DNA of 64,000 nucleotides from NCBI GenBank assembly GCA_963713825.1, contig CAVQNG010000003.1, positions 1,472,001-1,536,000 on the forward strand. Reading direction: 5' to 3'. The notes beneath the pieces were generated by a model. That model saw only the letters and a program-made list of their open reading frames with translations, did not search any database and was not told the origin of the DNA. The translations under genes and the position numbers were made by a program. Positions 29,309-39,461 of the stretch are shown in pieces. Every line of letters begins with the position of its first letter. Positions within the stretch are counted from its first letter, which is position 1. Origin of the DNA: an uncultured Acidobacteriota bacterium (GTDB lineage Bacteria > Acidobacteriota > Thermoanaerobaculia > Multivoradales > JAHEKO01).

Positions 29309-30622
29309 ATGCCTGCGGCCCACATTCTGGTGGTGGAAGATCGGGAATCACTCCGCCGCATGCTCGAGCGAGCCTTGCAGCAAGAAGGTTACGAGGTGAC
29401 CGTCTGTGCCGATGGTGAGCAGGCAACGAGCAAACTGGCGGCAGGGTCCTTCGACCTCGTCTTGACCGACCTCAAGCTTCCGGGGATGTCTGGGATCGAG
29501 GTGCTGAGAACTTCTCGAGAGGCGCATCCCCAACTCCCTGTCGTGGTTCTCACGGCCTTTGGTACCGTTGGCACCGCTGTCGAGGCGATGAAGCTCGGTG
29601 CGGCAGACTTCTTGGAGAAACCGGTCGAGATCGAGGATCTGTTCCAGCTGGTCGAGTCGATGCTCGGTGAGGATGAGGAGAGTGCGGTCTTCAAGCTGCC
29701 CGGTGGTCCAACCATCATCGGCCGGCATCCAACCGTGCGCGCGGCTTTGCGGCTCCTGGACCGGGTGGCCAAAACCAACAGCACAGTTCTGCTCACGGGC
29801 GAAAGCGGCACCGGGAAGGAGCTCTTCGCTCGCGCCCTCCATGGCCTCTCAGAGCGCAAGGAGGGCCCGTTTGTTGGCGTCAACTGCGCCGCCATTCCCG
29901 ACACACTCCTCGAGAACGAGCTGTTCGGCCATGAAAAGGGGGCCTTTACCGGTGCCCATCGGCGACAGGTTGGTCGTTTCGAGTCCGCTCATGGCGGTAC
30001 CTTGCTACTGGACGAGATCGGCGAGCTACCCCTGAGAACCCAGAGCAAGGTCTTGCGCGTGCTGGAAGAGAGGACTTTCGAACGAGTTGGAAGCTCGCGA
30101 TCGCTCAAAGCCGACGTTCGGCTCGTGGCAGCCACGAATCGAGATCTCCGTTCCATGGTCGAGGCAGGAGGCTTCAGAGACGATCTCTACTACCGTCTCG
30201 AGGTCTTTCCCATCGAGCTGCCTCCCTTGAGAGATCGCGCCAGCGATATTCCGTTGCTGGCGCAGCATCTGGTCGAGGCCATCGCGGTCAGGCAGGGTGT
30301 CGTGCCGCGGGCATTGACCGGTGAGGCTGCCGGCCTGCTGCAGCACCACGAGTGGCCGGGCAATGTTCGCCAGCTGGCCAACGTCCTCGAGAGAGCGATG
30401 ATCGTCGGCGAAGGGCCCCGCCTCGAAGCTGCGGAACTGAAGGCCCTGCTGGCGGCCGAGAGCGGTCGAAGCGAGCGCCAACGTATCTGTGACGCTCTCG
30501 ATCAGAGCGCCGGTGACAAACACCGGGCGGCCGAGTATCTGGGGATGAGCTATCGCACGCTCCTGCGGCGGATCAAGGAGCACGACCTGGCGGGCTATCC
30601 CGAGTATCGCAGCCGAGATTGA
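29309..30622 (+). CDS. Sigma-54-dependent response regulator (PilR/NtrC family)
   Basis: Receiver domain (DLKLPG), GESGTGKE, GAFTGA, LDEIGE, WPGNVRQL, Fis HTH. Confidence 0.93.
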   Translation: MPAAHILVVEDRESLRRMLERALQQEGYEVTVCADGEQATSKLAAGSFDLVLTDLKLPGMSGIEVLRTSREAHPQLPVVVLTAFGTVGTAVEAMKLGAADFLEKPVEIEDLFQLVESMLGEDEESAVFKLPGGPTIIGRHPTVRAALRLLDRVAKTNSTVLLTGESGTGKELFARALHGLSERKEGPFVGVNCAAIPDTLLENELFGHEKGAFTGAHRRQVGRFESAHGGTLLLDEIGELPLRTQSKVLRVLEERTFERVGSSRSLKADVRLVAATNRDLRSMVEAGGFRDDLYYRLEVFPIELPPLRDRASDIPLLAQHLVEAIAVRQGVVPRALTGEAAGLLQHHEWPGNVRQLANVLERAMIVGEGPRLEAAELKALLAAESGRSERQRICDALDQSAGDKHRAAEYLGMSYRTLLRRIKEHDLAGYPEYRSRD

Positions 30623-30679
30623 GGACCTCTGCTATATTGCTGAAACCCTGACACGCGGTCGAAGTGAGGCTGCTTTTCG

Positions 30680-31888
30680 GTGACCGAAGAAAAGAAACGA
30701 CCCAAGAGCTACGATTGGTACACGATCTCCGGGGAGGCCATCCGGGGATGGGGGTTCGCTGTCATTGTCGTCGTACTGGTAGTGGCAGGGTATCTGGGGT
30801 ACCGGTTCGTCGAAGGCATGGTCTTGGAGCGCGAAGTAGCGGCCGTGATCCAGGAAGCACAGGATCTCCTGCAAACGGTGAGAGAAGCGGGTGGCGTCGA
30901 CAGCTACCGTGAGGAGTACGACCAGGCCATCGAGCACCTCGAGGAGGCGAAGGCCAGTCGGGCGGGAGGCGAGCTCAAAGAGGCCTACCGAAACGGCGAG
31001 CGAAGTCGAACCCTGTTGTCCTCGATTCTCTCCGCCTTGCGCCTGCGTGGACCCGAGGGCGAGGCAATGTTCGTAGCTGTGGAGGGGGAAGTCGAGTTTC
31101 GACGCGGGGAGAGAGGTTCTTGGCAGAAGGCGCGAAGTCGTGTGTCGCTGAACGCCGGCGACTACGTCAAGACCTCCGCTGGTGGCTCGGCCGAGGTGAT
31201 GACGGTCGATGGGACCCTCTACACGGTGCGACCCGATACGGTGATCCTGGTTGGGCGAGCTCGGCCCGCCCCGGGCGTGGCGCGGCAACAAGCCATCAAC
31301 CTGGAGTTCGGGTGGGTCAATCTCGGCACCGGGCAGGCCGGCAGCCGTGTGTCGACGCCTGGCGCAGAGGCCCGGGTACGGGAAGAGACCTCGGCGCTAA
31401 TCAGCTACAACGAAGAAGAGGACGTCGGCCGTTTTGCGACCTACGAAGGCAGCATGGTCGTGGCGACAGCCGATGGAACCAGTCGCGAGGTGGCGGCTCT
31501 CGAGCAGGTCGTTCAGTCCGAGGGGACCCTGTCGAAGGCTGAGACTTTACCCATGTCCCCCGTCCTCATGGCTCCGGATGATGACTACGAGATCTTCTTG
31601 AACGCTGGCACAGAGCTGGTATTGACCTGGGCTCCCGTTGCGGGAGCCGAGAGCTACGCTCTTCAGGTCGCTCCAAGCCGCTTCTTTGTGCGCAATGTCA
31701 TCGACGTGAAGAACCGCCGAGAGACCGCCGCGAAGGTTGGTCTACAGGGCGAAGGCACCTTCGTCTGGCGAGTGGCAGCAGTCGATGCCAGCGGCATACA
31801 GAGCCCCTGGAGCGAGCTGCGTCGCTTCCGCGTCACGACTGCTGTCGGGGCTGTCGCGTCTGGATCCGATCCGGTCGGATCCAGGTGA
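30680..31888 (+). CDS. FecR-domain membrane protein with C-terminal FN3-like domain
   Basis: TM helix, helical region, V.GEVE.R...W.....L..GD.VKT...SAEV...DG FecR pattern, W.PV.GA.SY...WRV.A...SPWS. Confidence 0.7.
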   Translation: MTEEKKRPKSYDWYTISGEAIRGWGFAVIVVVLVVAGYLGYRFVEGMVLEREVAAVIQEAQDLLQTVREAGGVDSYREEYDQAIEHLEEAKASRAGGELKEAYRNGERSRTLLSSILSALRLRGPEGEAMFVAVEGEVEFRRGERGSWQKARSRVSLNAGDYVKTSAGGSAEVMTVDGTLYTVRPDTVILVGRARPAPGVARQQAINLEFGWVNLGTGQAGSRVSTPGAEARVREETSALISYNEEEDVGRFATYEGSMVVATADGTSREVAALEQVVQSEGTLSKAETLPMSPVLMAPDDDYEIFLNAGTELVLTWAPVAGAESYALQVAPSRFFVRNVIDVKNRRETAAKVGLQGEGTFVWRVAAVDASGIQSPWSELRRFRVTTAVGAVASGSDPVGSR

Positions 31889-31907
31889 GCCAGATCGCCT
31901 TGGCCAC

Positions 31908-32663
31908 CTATCTACCTTCCGGTTCTAGATCCTCGTCTCCAATTTCGGGCGTCACTACTCGGGTCTGAAACCCCCGACTCTGGATGTCGAACTGAGCGTC
32001 GGAGAAGGTCATGCCACTGGTGAACGAGGCGACGAAGCCAGTGCTCTCGCCGGGACTCAACGCAGCCTTCACCAGGCGAGCTTCCTTCTTGCCGAGCAGA
32101 GTTCCGGAGTCACTGTAGAGCAGAACACTGAGGTTGATGCTGGTCGCTGGGTTGCGCCCCGAGTTACGCAGGGAACCTCTGACTTCCACCGTGTTCTCCT
32201 CGACGTTGTAGTCCTCTTCCCATGCAGTCACCGCGAGACTGGAGCCCGTCTCGCCGGAGGTCGCCGGAACTGCTGCCGCTGATTCCTCCGCGGACTCCCC
32301 GCGAGGAGTCTCCACATCGACATGGCGCACGTCGGCATCTGTGAGAACCATGACTGCCTGGCGCTTGACCGGTTCCTCAGTCTCTGAGGCATTGGCTGCT
32401 GCGTTGACGATCTCCTGGGTATGAGCCTCGCTGGCCGAAAGGTTCACCTCGGACAGAGGAAGTGACGAGAAGACCCCACTCGGGCTGGTGAAGACCACCA
32501 TCTCTCCTCTGACTTCCCAGGCTCCCCGGGTCTCGACGGCTGCACCATCGTTGGTCACCAGCCAATCGGCGCTCGCTGCTGAGCCGAAGCTCAGCAGCGA
32601 GGCCGTCAGGAGAATCAGGCAGAGGACTCCTGCTGCAGGGTTTGAACTGGGTCCGTGCATCAA
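31908..32663 (-). CDS. Secreted protein with C-terminal Ig-like (FxLYD-type) domain, end of the pilY1 operon
   Basis: Signal peptide; V.GSLRNSG...V.LYSDSG.LLG...L.PGES; overlaps the pilY1 stop. Confidence 0.65.
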   Translation of the reverse strand: MMHGPSSNPAAGVLCLILLTASLLSFGSAASADWLVTNDGAAVETRGAWEVRGEMVVFTSPSGVFSSLPLSEVNLSASEAHTQEIVNAAANASETEEPVKRQAVMVLTDADVRHVDVETPRGESAEESAAAVPATSGETGSSLAVTAWEEDYNVEENTVEVRGSLRNSGRNPATSINLSVLLYSDSGTLLGKKEARLVKAALSPGESTGFVASFTSGMTFSDAQFDIQSRGFQTRVVTPEIGDEDLEPEGR

Positions 32664-35600
32664 AAGTCCCTCCAGTTGGTTTCTACGGTGCAGATCGGGA
32701 TCGCCGCCAGGAACTGGATTCCGGTGTCATCCCGCACCGCCTTGATGTTGATGGTGTAGTTGGCGAACCGGCAATCGTCGGGGAAGAGCTTGCGGATCTC
32801 ACCCATGACCGATACCAGATCGTCCGGGATGTCATCGGCCGTCGGGCCTTCGTCGCCACTGCCACCCGGGTTCTTGGTCTGCCCGGTCTCGACGAAAGGT
32901 GAGGACAGGAAGCCGCCCTCGATGACGAAGTACCGATCCAGGTTGTTCGGATCGTCCGAGGGGAGAAGTCCGCAGGCGCTCGTGGTATTCACCACGAAGG
33001 TGCGGCTGTCACCGCTACGGACGCAGACTCCGCCACCCTGGCCGATGCTCTGTTCCGGCTGATAGGTAGAGATGACGGTGACACCGGCCAATGAGAAGGC
33101 GCGATTGAGCGTCCGCTCTTCCTCCTCGAGCTCGATATACCAGCCCCACGGAGGCTGCCTCAGATAGTCGATATCGGCGCAAGGCGCGTCAGGATCGATC
33201 CTCTGGATGTCGAGTATCGTCAGAGGCAAGTCGCCGTTGAAGTAGTCCTCGCGGCTGAAGTCTCTATCCAGCAACATGTAGATGCGACCCGCCCGCTGCG
33301 TGACTTCCCAAAGGTCCTCACGATCGCCACCACCCCAACCGATCGAGTACTTGCCCAGGTCGGGTACGAAGATGACAGACGGTGGATAGTAGAACGGCAT
33401 GCCCGGATCCACGAAGACGGGGAAGGGATCCCACTCCTCGGCTATGATGCGGGGTCCAAGGCCGTCGTCCTCGAGTGCCTGCGGCATGGAGATGTCGACC
33501 TTGTACATGATTCCGACAGTCGTGCCGGCGTAGATGGTGTCGAAATAGCCGTTCTGGTCAGTGTCTACCGCGGCCACCTCCATGGGAATCGACCCTTCGA
33601 CGGGGCGCTTGTAGATCTTGCGTCCAGTCTCCATGTCGATCATGTAGAGGTGGTTGCCTTCCGCGTCGGCCATCCCCTTGCGCAGCGGGTCCATGCCTCC
33701 ACCGAAGATTGCAACGTGACGATCTTCGAGCGTAGCGCCACCGTCCACGGTGACGAGAATCCGCCCCATGACTGGCGCGCTCCAGGAGTCGCCAAGGTCG
33801 GCAATGCCATTGGCGTCGTCATCACACTGACCATCCAGTAGTGAGATGCCGCAGTCGGTGTTGTCCTCGAACTCCCAGAGTGTCGTCGCGAAAGGCAAGG
33901 TGCCACAGCCGACGCCACCATCCAGGCACGAGGGCACCCAGTTTCGAGAACCCGGCTCCGGCTCTGGAATCACCGGCGTGCCGTTGCAGGTATCCAGCGT
34001 GTCCGGTTGCGTGTAGTCGACGGCGAAGTAGCCCTTGCCTCCTTCTCGCATACCGCCCATGAAAACGGATCTCCACTCTCGATCGCTCTCGCTTGGAATT
34101 CCGTCGTGCAGCGGGTCGATGAAGATGTCGGCGTGGGACACCCTGCCATCGATGGTGAAATCGTGGTTCCCCAGGACCCGAAGGTCGTTCTGACTCGGCA
34201 GGGAGATGCGGGGCACATACGAAAAGAGCTCCGCCCCGGTACCACCGTCGAAGTCGCCCTGAAGGATCTGCTGTCCAGGAATCGTGCTGTTCTCACAACC
34301 GTTGCCGTTGAGTCCGCGCCAGATTCCGGCATCGAACGCATGCAACTGACCCGAGTTGGAGCCCAGCAGAACCATCTTGCGGCGCAGTTGCTGTTGGTTG
34401 AAGTAGCAGCGATAGCCGTTCGGTGATGTCCCGCAAGGGTCTTCCAAGGGCAGCGTGCCGCTGCCGCCCACGTCGGCCGTCCAGTACCGGAAATTATCCG
34501 GATTGCCCAGCACGACAGGGTCGGAGTGGAAGATGTCTCCCAACGCGAAGCGGATGTCGCTTCCGTCTGCCGGGTGTTGGGCGACCTTGACAGCGTGGAA
34601 GAAATCCAGCGTTGCGATCGCCTCATCTCGATTGACGGGATCCAACCCACATGCCGTGTCGAGTGCGTCGCAGATACCGTAGGCCGCCAGTAGATCGAGC
34701 CAGCCTGCGTCGTCGCTCGGGCGCTGGTAATAACTGCGGGTCCATGGAACCCCGACAGGGATTACTGGCACTGTGGGAGCCGGGCGCGCCGAGCGAGGAG
34801 CGATGTCATCGAACTGCGGGTAGTACACCCGTCGCTGATCTTCACTCAACCCCAGGTTGTAGTCACCCAAGAGGACCTGGGCGTCCGTTGGCGCCTGAGC
34901 AAGTAGCTCTTCTGCCGCGTTCCACAAGTGGCACTGGCTCTCCTCGTCCGGATCCTGGGAATCGGGACCGCAGCTCGCCGAAGGCCTGTTGTCCGGCACG
35001 AAGCGTGTTTCGGTCGTGCCATCCGGCATGTCGACGGTGATCTCGTAGGTCGGTACCGGTCGCAGGTAGGCGTCGAGACGCCCCGGCCATACCGGCTCCT
35101 CGAGAAGCGGAATGAAACTGGTCAGATAGGTCTTGTCCGGGGTGTTTGCCGAGGCCTGCGGCACGGCGGCTGCCGCGAAGGAGCGAGGCCGCGGTTGAAT
35201 CGCGACGATGATCTGCTTGAGAGCATCGACGAGCTCGTCCTCGTTGCCAGGGTAGATCGGCCCGGTCATGTCGATGACACCGTCCCCGTCGAAGTCGATG
35301 GCGTCGGTGCCGCCGTTCTTGGCAATGCAGTCCAGTGTGTTGCCTGCAACAGCCGCCAGCCCGAAGCCCACTACGAAGGTGCGCACATTGCGGCCGTCAT
35401 AGAGCTGGGTCGCGGCGGTGCAGGGTGCGCCACCGCAGGTTTCGTCACCGTCTGTGAGAATCAGGAGATTGACGGTTCGGCAGCCGAAGGTGGGATCACC
35501 ATCCGGAGTGTCGGCGACCAGCTTCCACTTGTCGTACCAGTCGATGAAGTCGTCCATGGAGGCACCGATTGGCGTTGAGCCAAAGGGGATCATGGGCGGT

Positions 35601-36871
35601 GTGTTTACGTACTCCGGCTTCAAGGAGAGCTTGTGGTTGGTGCCGGTCAGGTAGTCGGGGTGATCCTCGAAATACGGCGCCGAGCGCAGCTCGGGTATGT
35701 AGTTGGGATCGTCGGGATCCCAATCGGGGGCCAGGCGTCGCAAGATTGCGTCTTTGTTGGTGTTACCTGCGCCCCATATCACCGGATCCTGCCAGTCGAG
35801 CGGGATAATGTCACCACGACTGAAGACTGCACCTCGTCCATCCGGGTCCGCTACTGTGGGGATCTTGAGATTGATGCCAGCATCGACGTCGGTGCCCGAG
35901 TCCGTGTTGGGGTCCCACCCGTTGCACCAACCGCTGCTGTTATAGGTGTCGTTGACGTAGTTCCAGAAGCCGGCCGGATCGCCATTCTGGTTGGTTTGGC
36001 CCTCGATCTGCCAGATGAGGGCTTCGTTGGCTCCCTGCAGATCGCGCGGTGGGTTGCTGTAGTCCTGGTCGTAGTAGGGGCCGAACTCCACTACGGCTTC
36101 CTGTTCACCTCCCAGCCAGACCTGACAGTCATTTCTGGCCTCGCGGAACTTCAGCTTGGCCGTGAGATTCTGGTCGCCTATCAAGCCACTTTCCACCTGC
36201 TCCCAGGTGATCCGGAAGCGACGGCCTTCGTAGGACACCCACTCGTAGGTGGTCGTGGTGCCGGTATCCCCGAGTACTGGGAAAGTCAGCAACTCGCCGG
36301 CATCCTCGAGGCTTGTGTCCAGGCGCTGGGGAGAGCCGCAGGTGCCGAGCTGATCCCCATTGATCTCGCCGGCGGAGGCGTCCAGGTCGCAGGTAACGTC
36401 ACCGTCCCTGTCGTCCATGCAGTGGTCGCCAAAGAGCTTGGCCTGACCCGGTGCCGGGTAGGGAAGGGCACCGCCCCAGGGAGGCATTTCGGTGGCCTGA
36501 TACAGCCAGTGCTTGCGGTAGACCCGCACCCGGTCCTGGTTGTAGGTGCTGAAACCCCAATTCACGGCCCCTTCCAGCTCGGCGTCGGTAAGCACTCGAT
36601 AGAGAGCTGATTTGGCCTGGTAGAACTTGGAGGTGGGGTCGTCACCATAGGCTGGGGCGAACGAGTCCCTCGCCAATCCCAAGTCTTCGATTGGCGGCGT
36701 CCAGTTCATGGAGCCAGAGACGTCGAAGATGATGTGGAGGTAGGGTTCGCGTCCGGCCTCGCGGACCAGGTCGCGATCGTCAGCATCGAGGGATGCCGTG
36801 GCGGCAAACGACAGGATTGCCAGGAGACCCAGCGCCAGCCAGCGATTCGTATTGAGAGGTGTGGTTGTCAT
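32660..36871 (-). CDS. pilY1: PilY1/PilC-type pilus tip adhesin (vWA + beta-propeller)
   Basis: Signal peptide; IFDVSGSM and LTDG vWA motifs; LGDIFHSDP, GQLHAFD, G.ELFSYVP, GMREGGKGYFAVD, DTDQNGYFD, GWYIEL. Confidence 0.9.
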   Translation of the reverse strand: MTTTPLNTNRWLALGLLAILSFAATASLDADDRDLVREAGREPYLHIIFDVSGSMNWTPPIEDLGLARDSFAPAYGDDPTSKFYQAKSALYRVLTDAELEGAVNWGFSTYNQDRVRVYRKHWLYQATEMPPWGGALPYPAPGQAKLFGDHCMDDRDGDVTCDLDASAGEINGDQLGTCGSPQRLDTSLEDAGELLTFPVLGDTGTTTTYEWVSYEGRRFRITWEQVESGLIGDQNLTAKLKFREARNDCQVWLGGEQEAVVEFGPYYDQDYSNPPRDLQGANEALIWQIEGQTNQNGDPAGFWNYVNDTYNSSGWCNGWDPNTDSGTDVDAGINLKIPTVADPDGRGAVFSRGDIIPLDWQDPVIWGAGNTNKDAILRRLAPDWDPDDPNYIPELRSAPYFEDHPDYLTGTNHKLSLKPEYVNTPPMIPFGSTPIGASMDDFIDWYDKWKLVADTPDGDPTFGCRTVNLLILTDGDETCGGAPCTAATQLYDGRNVRTFVVGFGLAAVAGNTLDCIAKNGGTDAIDFDGDGVIDMTGPIYPGNEDELVDALKQIIVAIQPRPRSFAAAAVPQASANTPDKTYLTSFIPLLEEPVWPGRLDAYLRPVPTYEITVDMPDGTTETRFVPDNRPSASCGPDSQDPDEESQCHLWNAAEELLAQAPTDAQVLLGDYNLGLSEDQRRVYYPQFDDIAPRSARPAPTVPVIPVGVPWTRSYYQRPSDDAGWLDLLAAYGICDALDTACGLDPVNRDEAIATLDFFHAVKVAQHPADGSDIRFALGDIFHSDPVVLGNPDNFRYWTADVGGSGTLPLEDPCGTSPNGYRCYFNQQQLRRKMVLLGSNSGQLHAFDAGIWRGLNGNGCENSTIPGQQILQGDFDGGTGAELFSYVPRISLPSQNDLRVLGNHDFTIDGRVSHADIFIDPLHDGIPSESDREWRSVFMGGMREGGKGYFAVDYTQPDTLDTCNGTPVIPEPEPGSRNWVPSCLDGGVGCGTLPFATTLWEFEDNTDCGISLLDGQCDDDANGIADLGDSWSAPVMGRILVTVDGGATLEDRHVAIFGGGMDPLRKGMADAEGNHLYMIDMETGRKIYKRPVEGSIPMEVAAVDTDQNGYFDTIYAGTTVGIMYKVDISMPQALEDDGLGPRIIAEEWDPFPVFVDPGMPFYYPPSVIFVPDLGKYSIGWGGGDREDLWEVTQRAGRIYMLLDRDFSREDYFNGDLPLTILDIQRIDPDAPCADIDYLRQPPWGWYIELEEEERTLNRAFSLAGVTVISTYQPEQSIGQGGGVCVRSGDSRTFVVNTTSACGLLPSDDPNNLDRYFVIEGGFLSSPFVETGQTKNPGGSGDEGPTADDIPDDLVSVMGEIRKLFPDDCRFANYTINIKAVRDDTGIQFLAAIPICTVETNWRDF

Positions 36872-36908
36872 GAGTAGCTACCTTTCTTGAAGGCTGTAGC
36901 CGAGTCGC

Positions 36909-37475
36909 TCAGAAAGCGAAATCGAGCCCCCCGCGATTGGGGTCGGTAAGTGCGTCTACCTTGGCAGTGATCGAGGAGGTCCAGGGTTGGAAGGACACCA
37001 GAACACTGAGGCGTTTCTGAGCCAGGGGGGTCGGGTTGGCTGGTGGAGCCGTTCCGGCTGGCCCCATCCAGGCGATGCGGGTGGCGGTCGAGGCCACCGC
37101 ATGGTTGATCTTGAAGAACGGCACGTCTTCATTGATCTGACAGAGATTGCACGGCGAATCGAGAATCGGCAGGAACGGTGAGACCTCTAGCCGATGGCCC
37201 AGGTGGACGCCAGCGCGGCTGTCAGGCTCTGCTACATCGATCTGAAATGAGCGGTGGTCTGGCAGTACGAGTGCCTTTGCCGTCGCCATGTCGATGCCTG
37301 AATTGGTGGCATAGAAAGCCGCCTGAGTCATCCTCTCGTTGGCTCCGATCTGGAGCTCGGTCTGAGTGACCAGAGACAGGGCGAGACCGACGATCGTCAG
37401 AATCAACAGCACCAGGAGTGCGAGAACATAGACGCTTCCCGTTTCGCGTCGCAGGGTTCTTTGGCTTGATCGCAT
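36909..37475 (-). CDS. pilX: PilX-family minor pilin
   Basis: ETG-SVYVLALLVLLILTIVG prepilin-like leader without Glu5; AFYA..SGI; position before pilY1. Confidence 0.85.
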   Translation of the reverse strand: MRSSQRTLRRETGSVYVLALLVLLILTIVGLALSLVTQTELQIGANERMTQAAFYATNSGIDMATAKALVLPDHRSFQIDVAEPDSRAGVHLGHRLEVSPFLPILDSPCNLCQINEDVPFFKINHAVASTATRIAWMGPAGTAPPANPTPLAQKRLSVLVSFQPWTSSITAKVDALTDPNRGGLDFAF

Positions 37476-38794
37476 TACAGATTCCTCAAGTCGATGGTGG
37501 TCTGGAGCAAATGTCGACGGAACCGGCGCTCGTCGTCGTCGTTGATGGTGGCGAGCGGCGAGTTCTCGAGTCTCTGAACCTGGGGCGCCGCGTAGTGCCG
37601 GTCGATCGTCTGGATCTGGGCGACAGTGTTGATCCGCACGTAGTAGAGGCGGGGAGCCCGCGGAGCGCCGGGAATCGTGTCGTCCCAGGGCGGCACCCAG
37701 GGAGAATCGTTCGGGTCATCACCTGGGGCGTTGAACAGCCAGTCGTCGTCTTCGCCGTTCTCTGTTTCGGTGATGACGATGTCGATCTCGCCGTCGCCGT
37801 TGATATCGGTCTGCGGCGGACCGACGTCACTATCGAAGCCCAGAGCTACCTGGAGCTCCGAGATCCCATCGGCGATGTCCACCGCAGCGGCGTTGGGGTC
37901 GAGAGCGTTATTGACCGCGTCTGTGTTGGGATAGACGCGGGCGACGGCGAGGGATGGAACGGGGTCGGGATCGGGGTCCCGCACATAAATGCGGTACTCC
38001 TCGAGCATGCCGACCGTTGCGACAGAAGAGAGTGCGCTCGGCAGTACCGGGGAGCCAAGATTCCCGGAAAGGTAGAGCTCCCCGTACTCGGCCGTGTGGG
38101 CGCCGCTGTTGATCGTGAAGTCGATGGTGACCTGGGTCCCCGGTATGTCCACGTTGCTGCTGGCCATTAACTCGACGACTGCGTAAATGCTCTCGTCAAC
38201 GGGGCTGACTAGAACAAGGGCCTCTAGACTGCTATTGCCGATGGCGTCCTCGAGAGGTTGGAGGTTTTGAGGGATTCCCGTAGGACTGGGATTGCGCACC
38301 ACGATCTTGCCACGCGTCGCCGACTGCGGATCGGTGGTGAGGCCCCCGGCCGAGTCGTAAAGCTGGAACGAGATCGGATCGGCGTTGTTGACTTGATAGA
38401 TGGGCGTGGTGAAGACCCCTCGGATGCTCAGAACGTCGGTTCCCTCGACGACCTTGGACTCCGGTTGACCGGGTACCGCATAGGTGTCGGCCGGGACGTT
38501 GTCCTGGATCGACAAAGCCGGCAGCAAGCGGACCCCCGCATTGTTCAGAACGTCCTGCAGACCGCCGCGGCCGGACATCCGAATGAAACGGACCATCTCG
38601 TTCTGAGCGACGCGCAAAGACTGCTGCATGTCTGAAACCTGCGTCTGGATCCGCGCCACTTCGGTGTTCTTCTCGAAGATCTGGTAGAGGCCCAGCAGCA
38701 CGATGATCGTGATGCCGAGACTGACGATCAGCTCGATCAGGCTGTAGCCGCTGGCGCGACTCGATGACGTTGGGCGATGTGGTGAGTGCCTCAT
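37475..38794 (-). CDS. pilW: PilW-family minor pilin
   Basis: G-YSLIELIV type IV leader; ADGISELQVALG.D; C-terminal LRN. Confidence 0.85.
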   Translation of the reverse strand: MRHSPHRPTSSSRASGYSLIELIVSLGITIIVLLGLYQIFEKNTEVARIQTQVSDMQQSLRVAQNEMVRFIRMSGRGGLQDVLNNAGVRLLPALSIQDNVPADTYAVPGQPESKVVEGTDVLSIRGVFTTPIYQVNNADPISFQLYDSAGGLTTDPQSATRGKIVVRNPSPTGIPQNLQPLEDAIGNSSLEALVLVSPVDESIYAVVELMASSNVDIPGTQVTIDFTINSGAHTAEYGELYLSGNLGSPVLPSALSSVATVGMLEEYRIYVRDPDPDPVPSLAVARVYPNTDAVNNALDPNAAAVDIADGISELQVALGFDSDVGPPQTDINGDGEIDIVITETENGEDDDWLFNAPGDDPNDSPWVPPWDDTIPGAPRAPRLYYVRINTVAQIQTIDRHYAAPQVQRLENSPLATINDDDERRFRRHLLQTTIDLRNL

Positions 38795-38809
38795 ATTCGA
38801 TCGCTCCCT

Positions 38810-39442
38810 CTAGAAGGCCTTCAGGCCGCGCAGACGGATATCAACCGGCTCGCCGGCGATGGCGCGCTCAGCCTGGCTCTCGATCTGGACGTCGACTTCC
38901 TTGAGATGGATGGCCCCAGGCAGACTGCCGCCGGCCAGGGGATTGTCGAGATAGCCGTCGTAATCGGCATCCTCGAGACCGATGATCTGGTCGATGATGC
39001 CGTCCAGGTCGTTGTCGATGACTCCGTTGATTCCGAACTGACGGATCGTCGTGGTTCGGTCCCAAAGTCCGAGCTCACCGACGGGAACCGTGTCCAACCA
39101 TTTCTCGTCGCCGACATAGTCGGGGTCGGGCCGGGTCCAATACTGTTGAACGACTGTCTCGGTTCCGGCAGTGATATCGAGCTCCGGGTTGTTGAATCGC
39201 ACCTGCTTGAAGATCTCGAGCTCGGAACGCCCATGGTTGCTCACCTGGGTCGACTCCCGTCCCTCGACGTTCTCCATGATGGAGCGCATGAACAACGGCA
39301 GGAGTCCGACCAGCACGACCAGAAGCAGGCCGGCGGCCACCAGAAGCTCGAGCAGCGTGAAGCCCTTGCCGGCGGAGCGCGACGGGCCGCGCCGCCTTCC
39401 TGGCGCCGCAATTGGGTGGTTAGTGCATCTCGACATCAACAT
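38810..39442 (-). CDS. pilV: PilV-like minor pilin
   Basis: G-FTLLELLVA leader; ATG 39442 after GGAGG; operon position. Confidence 0.78.
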   Translation of the reverse strand: MLMSRCTNHPIAAPGRRRGPSRSAGKGFTLLELLVAAGLLLVVLVGLLPLFMRSIMENVEGRESTQVSNHGRSELEIFKQVRFNNPELDITAGTETVVQQYWTRPDPDYVGDEKWLDTVPVGELGLWDRTTTIRQFGINGVIDNDLDGIIDQIIGLEDADYDGYLDNPLAGGSLPGAIHLKEVDVQIESQAERAIAGEPVDIRLRGLKAF

Positions 39443-39461
39443 TCGAATCCTCCAATTCCTG

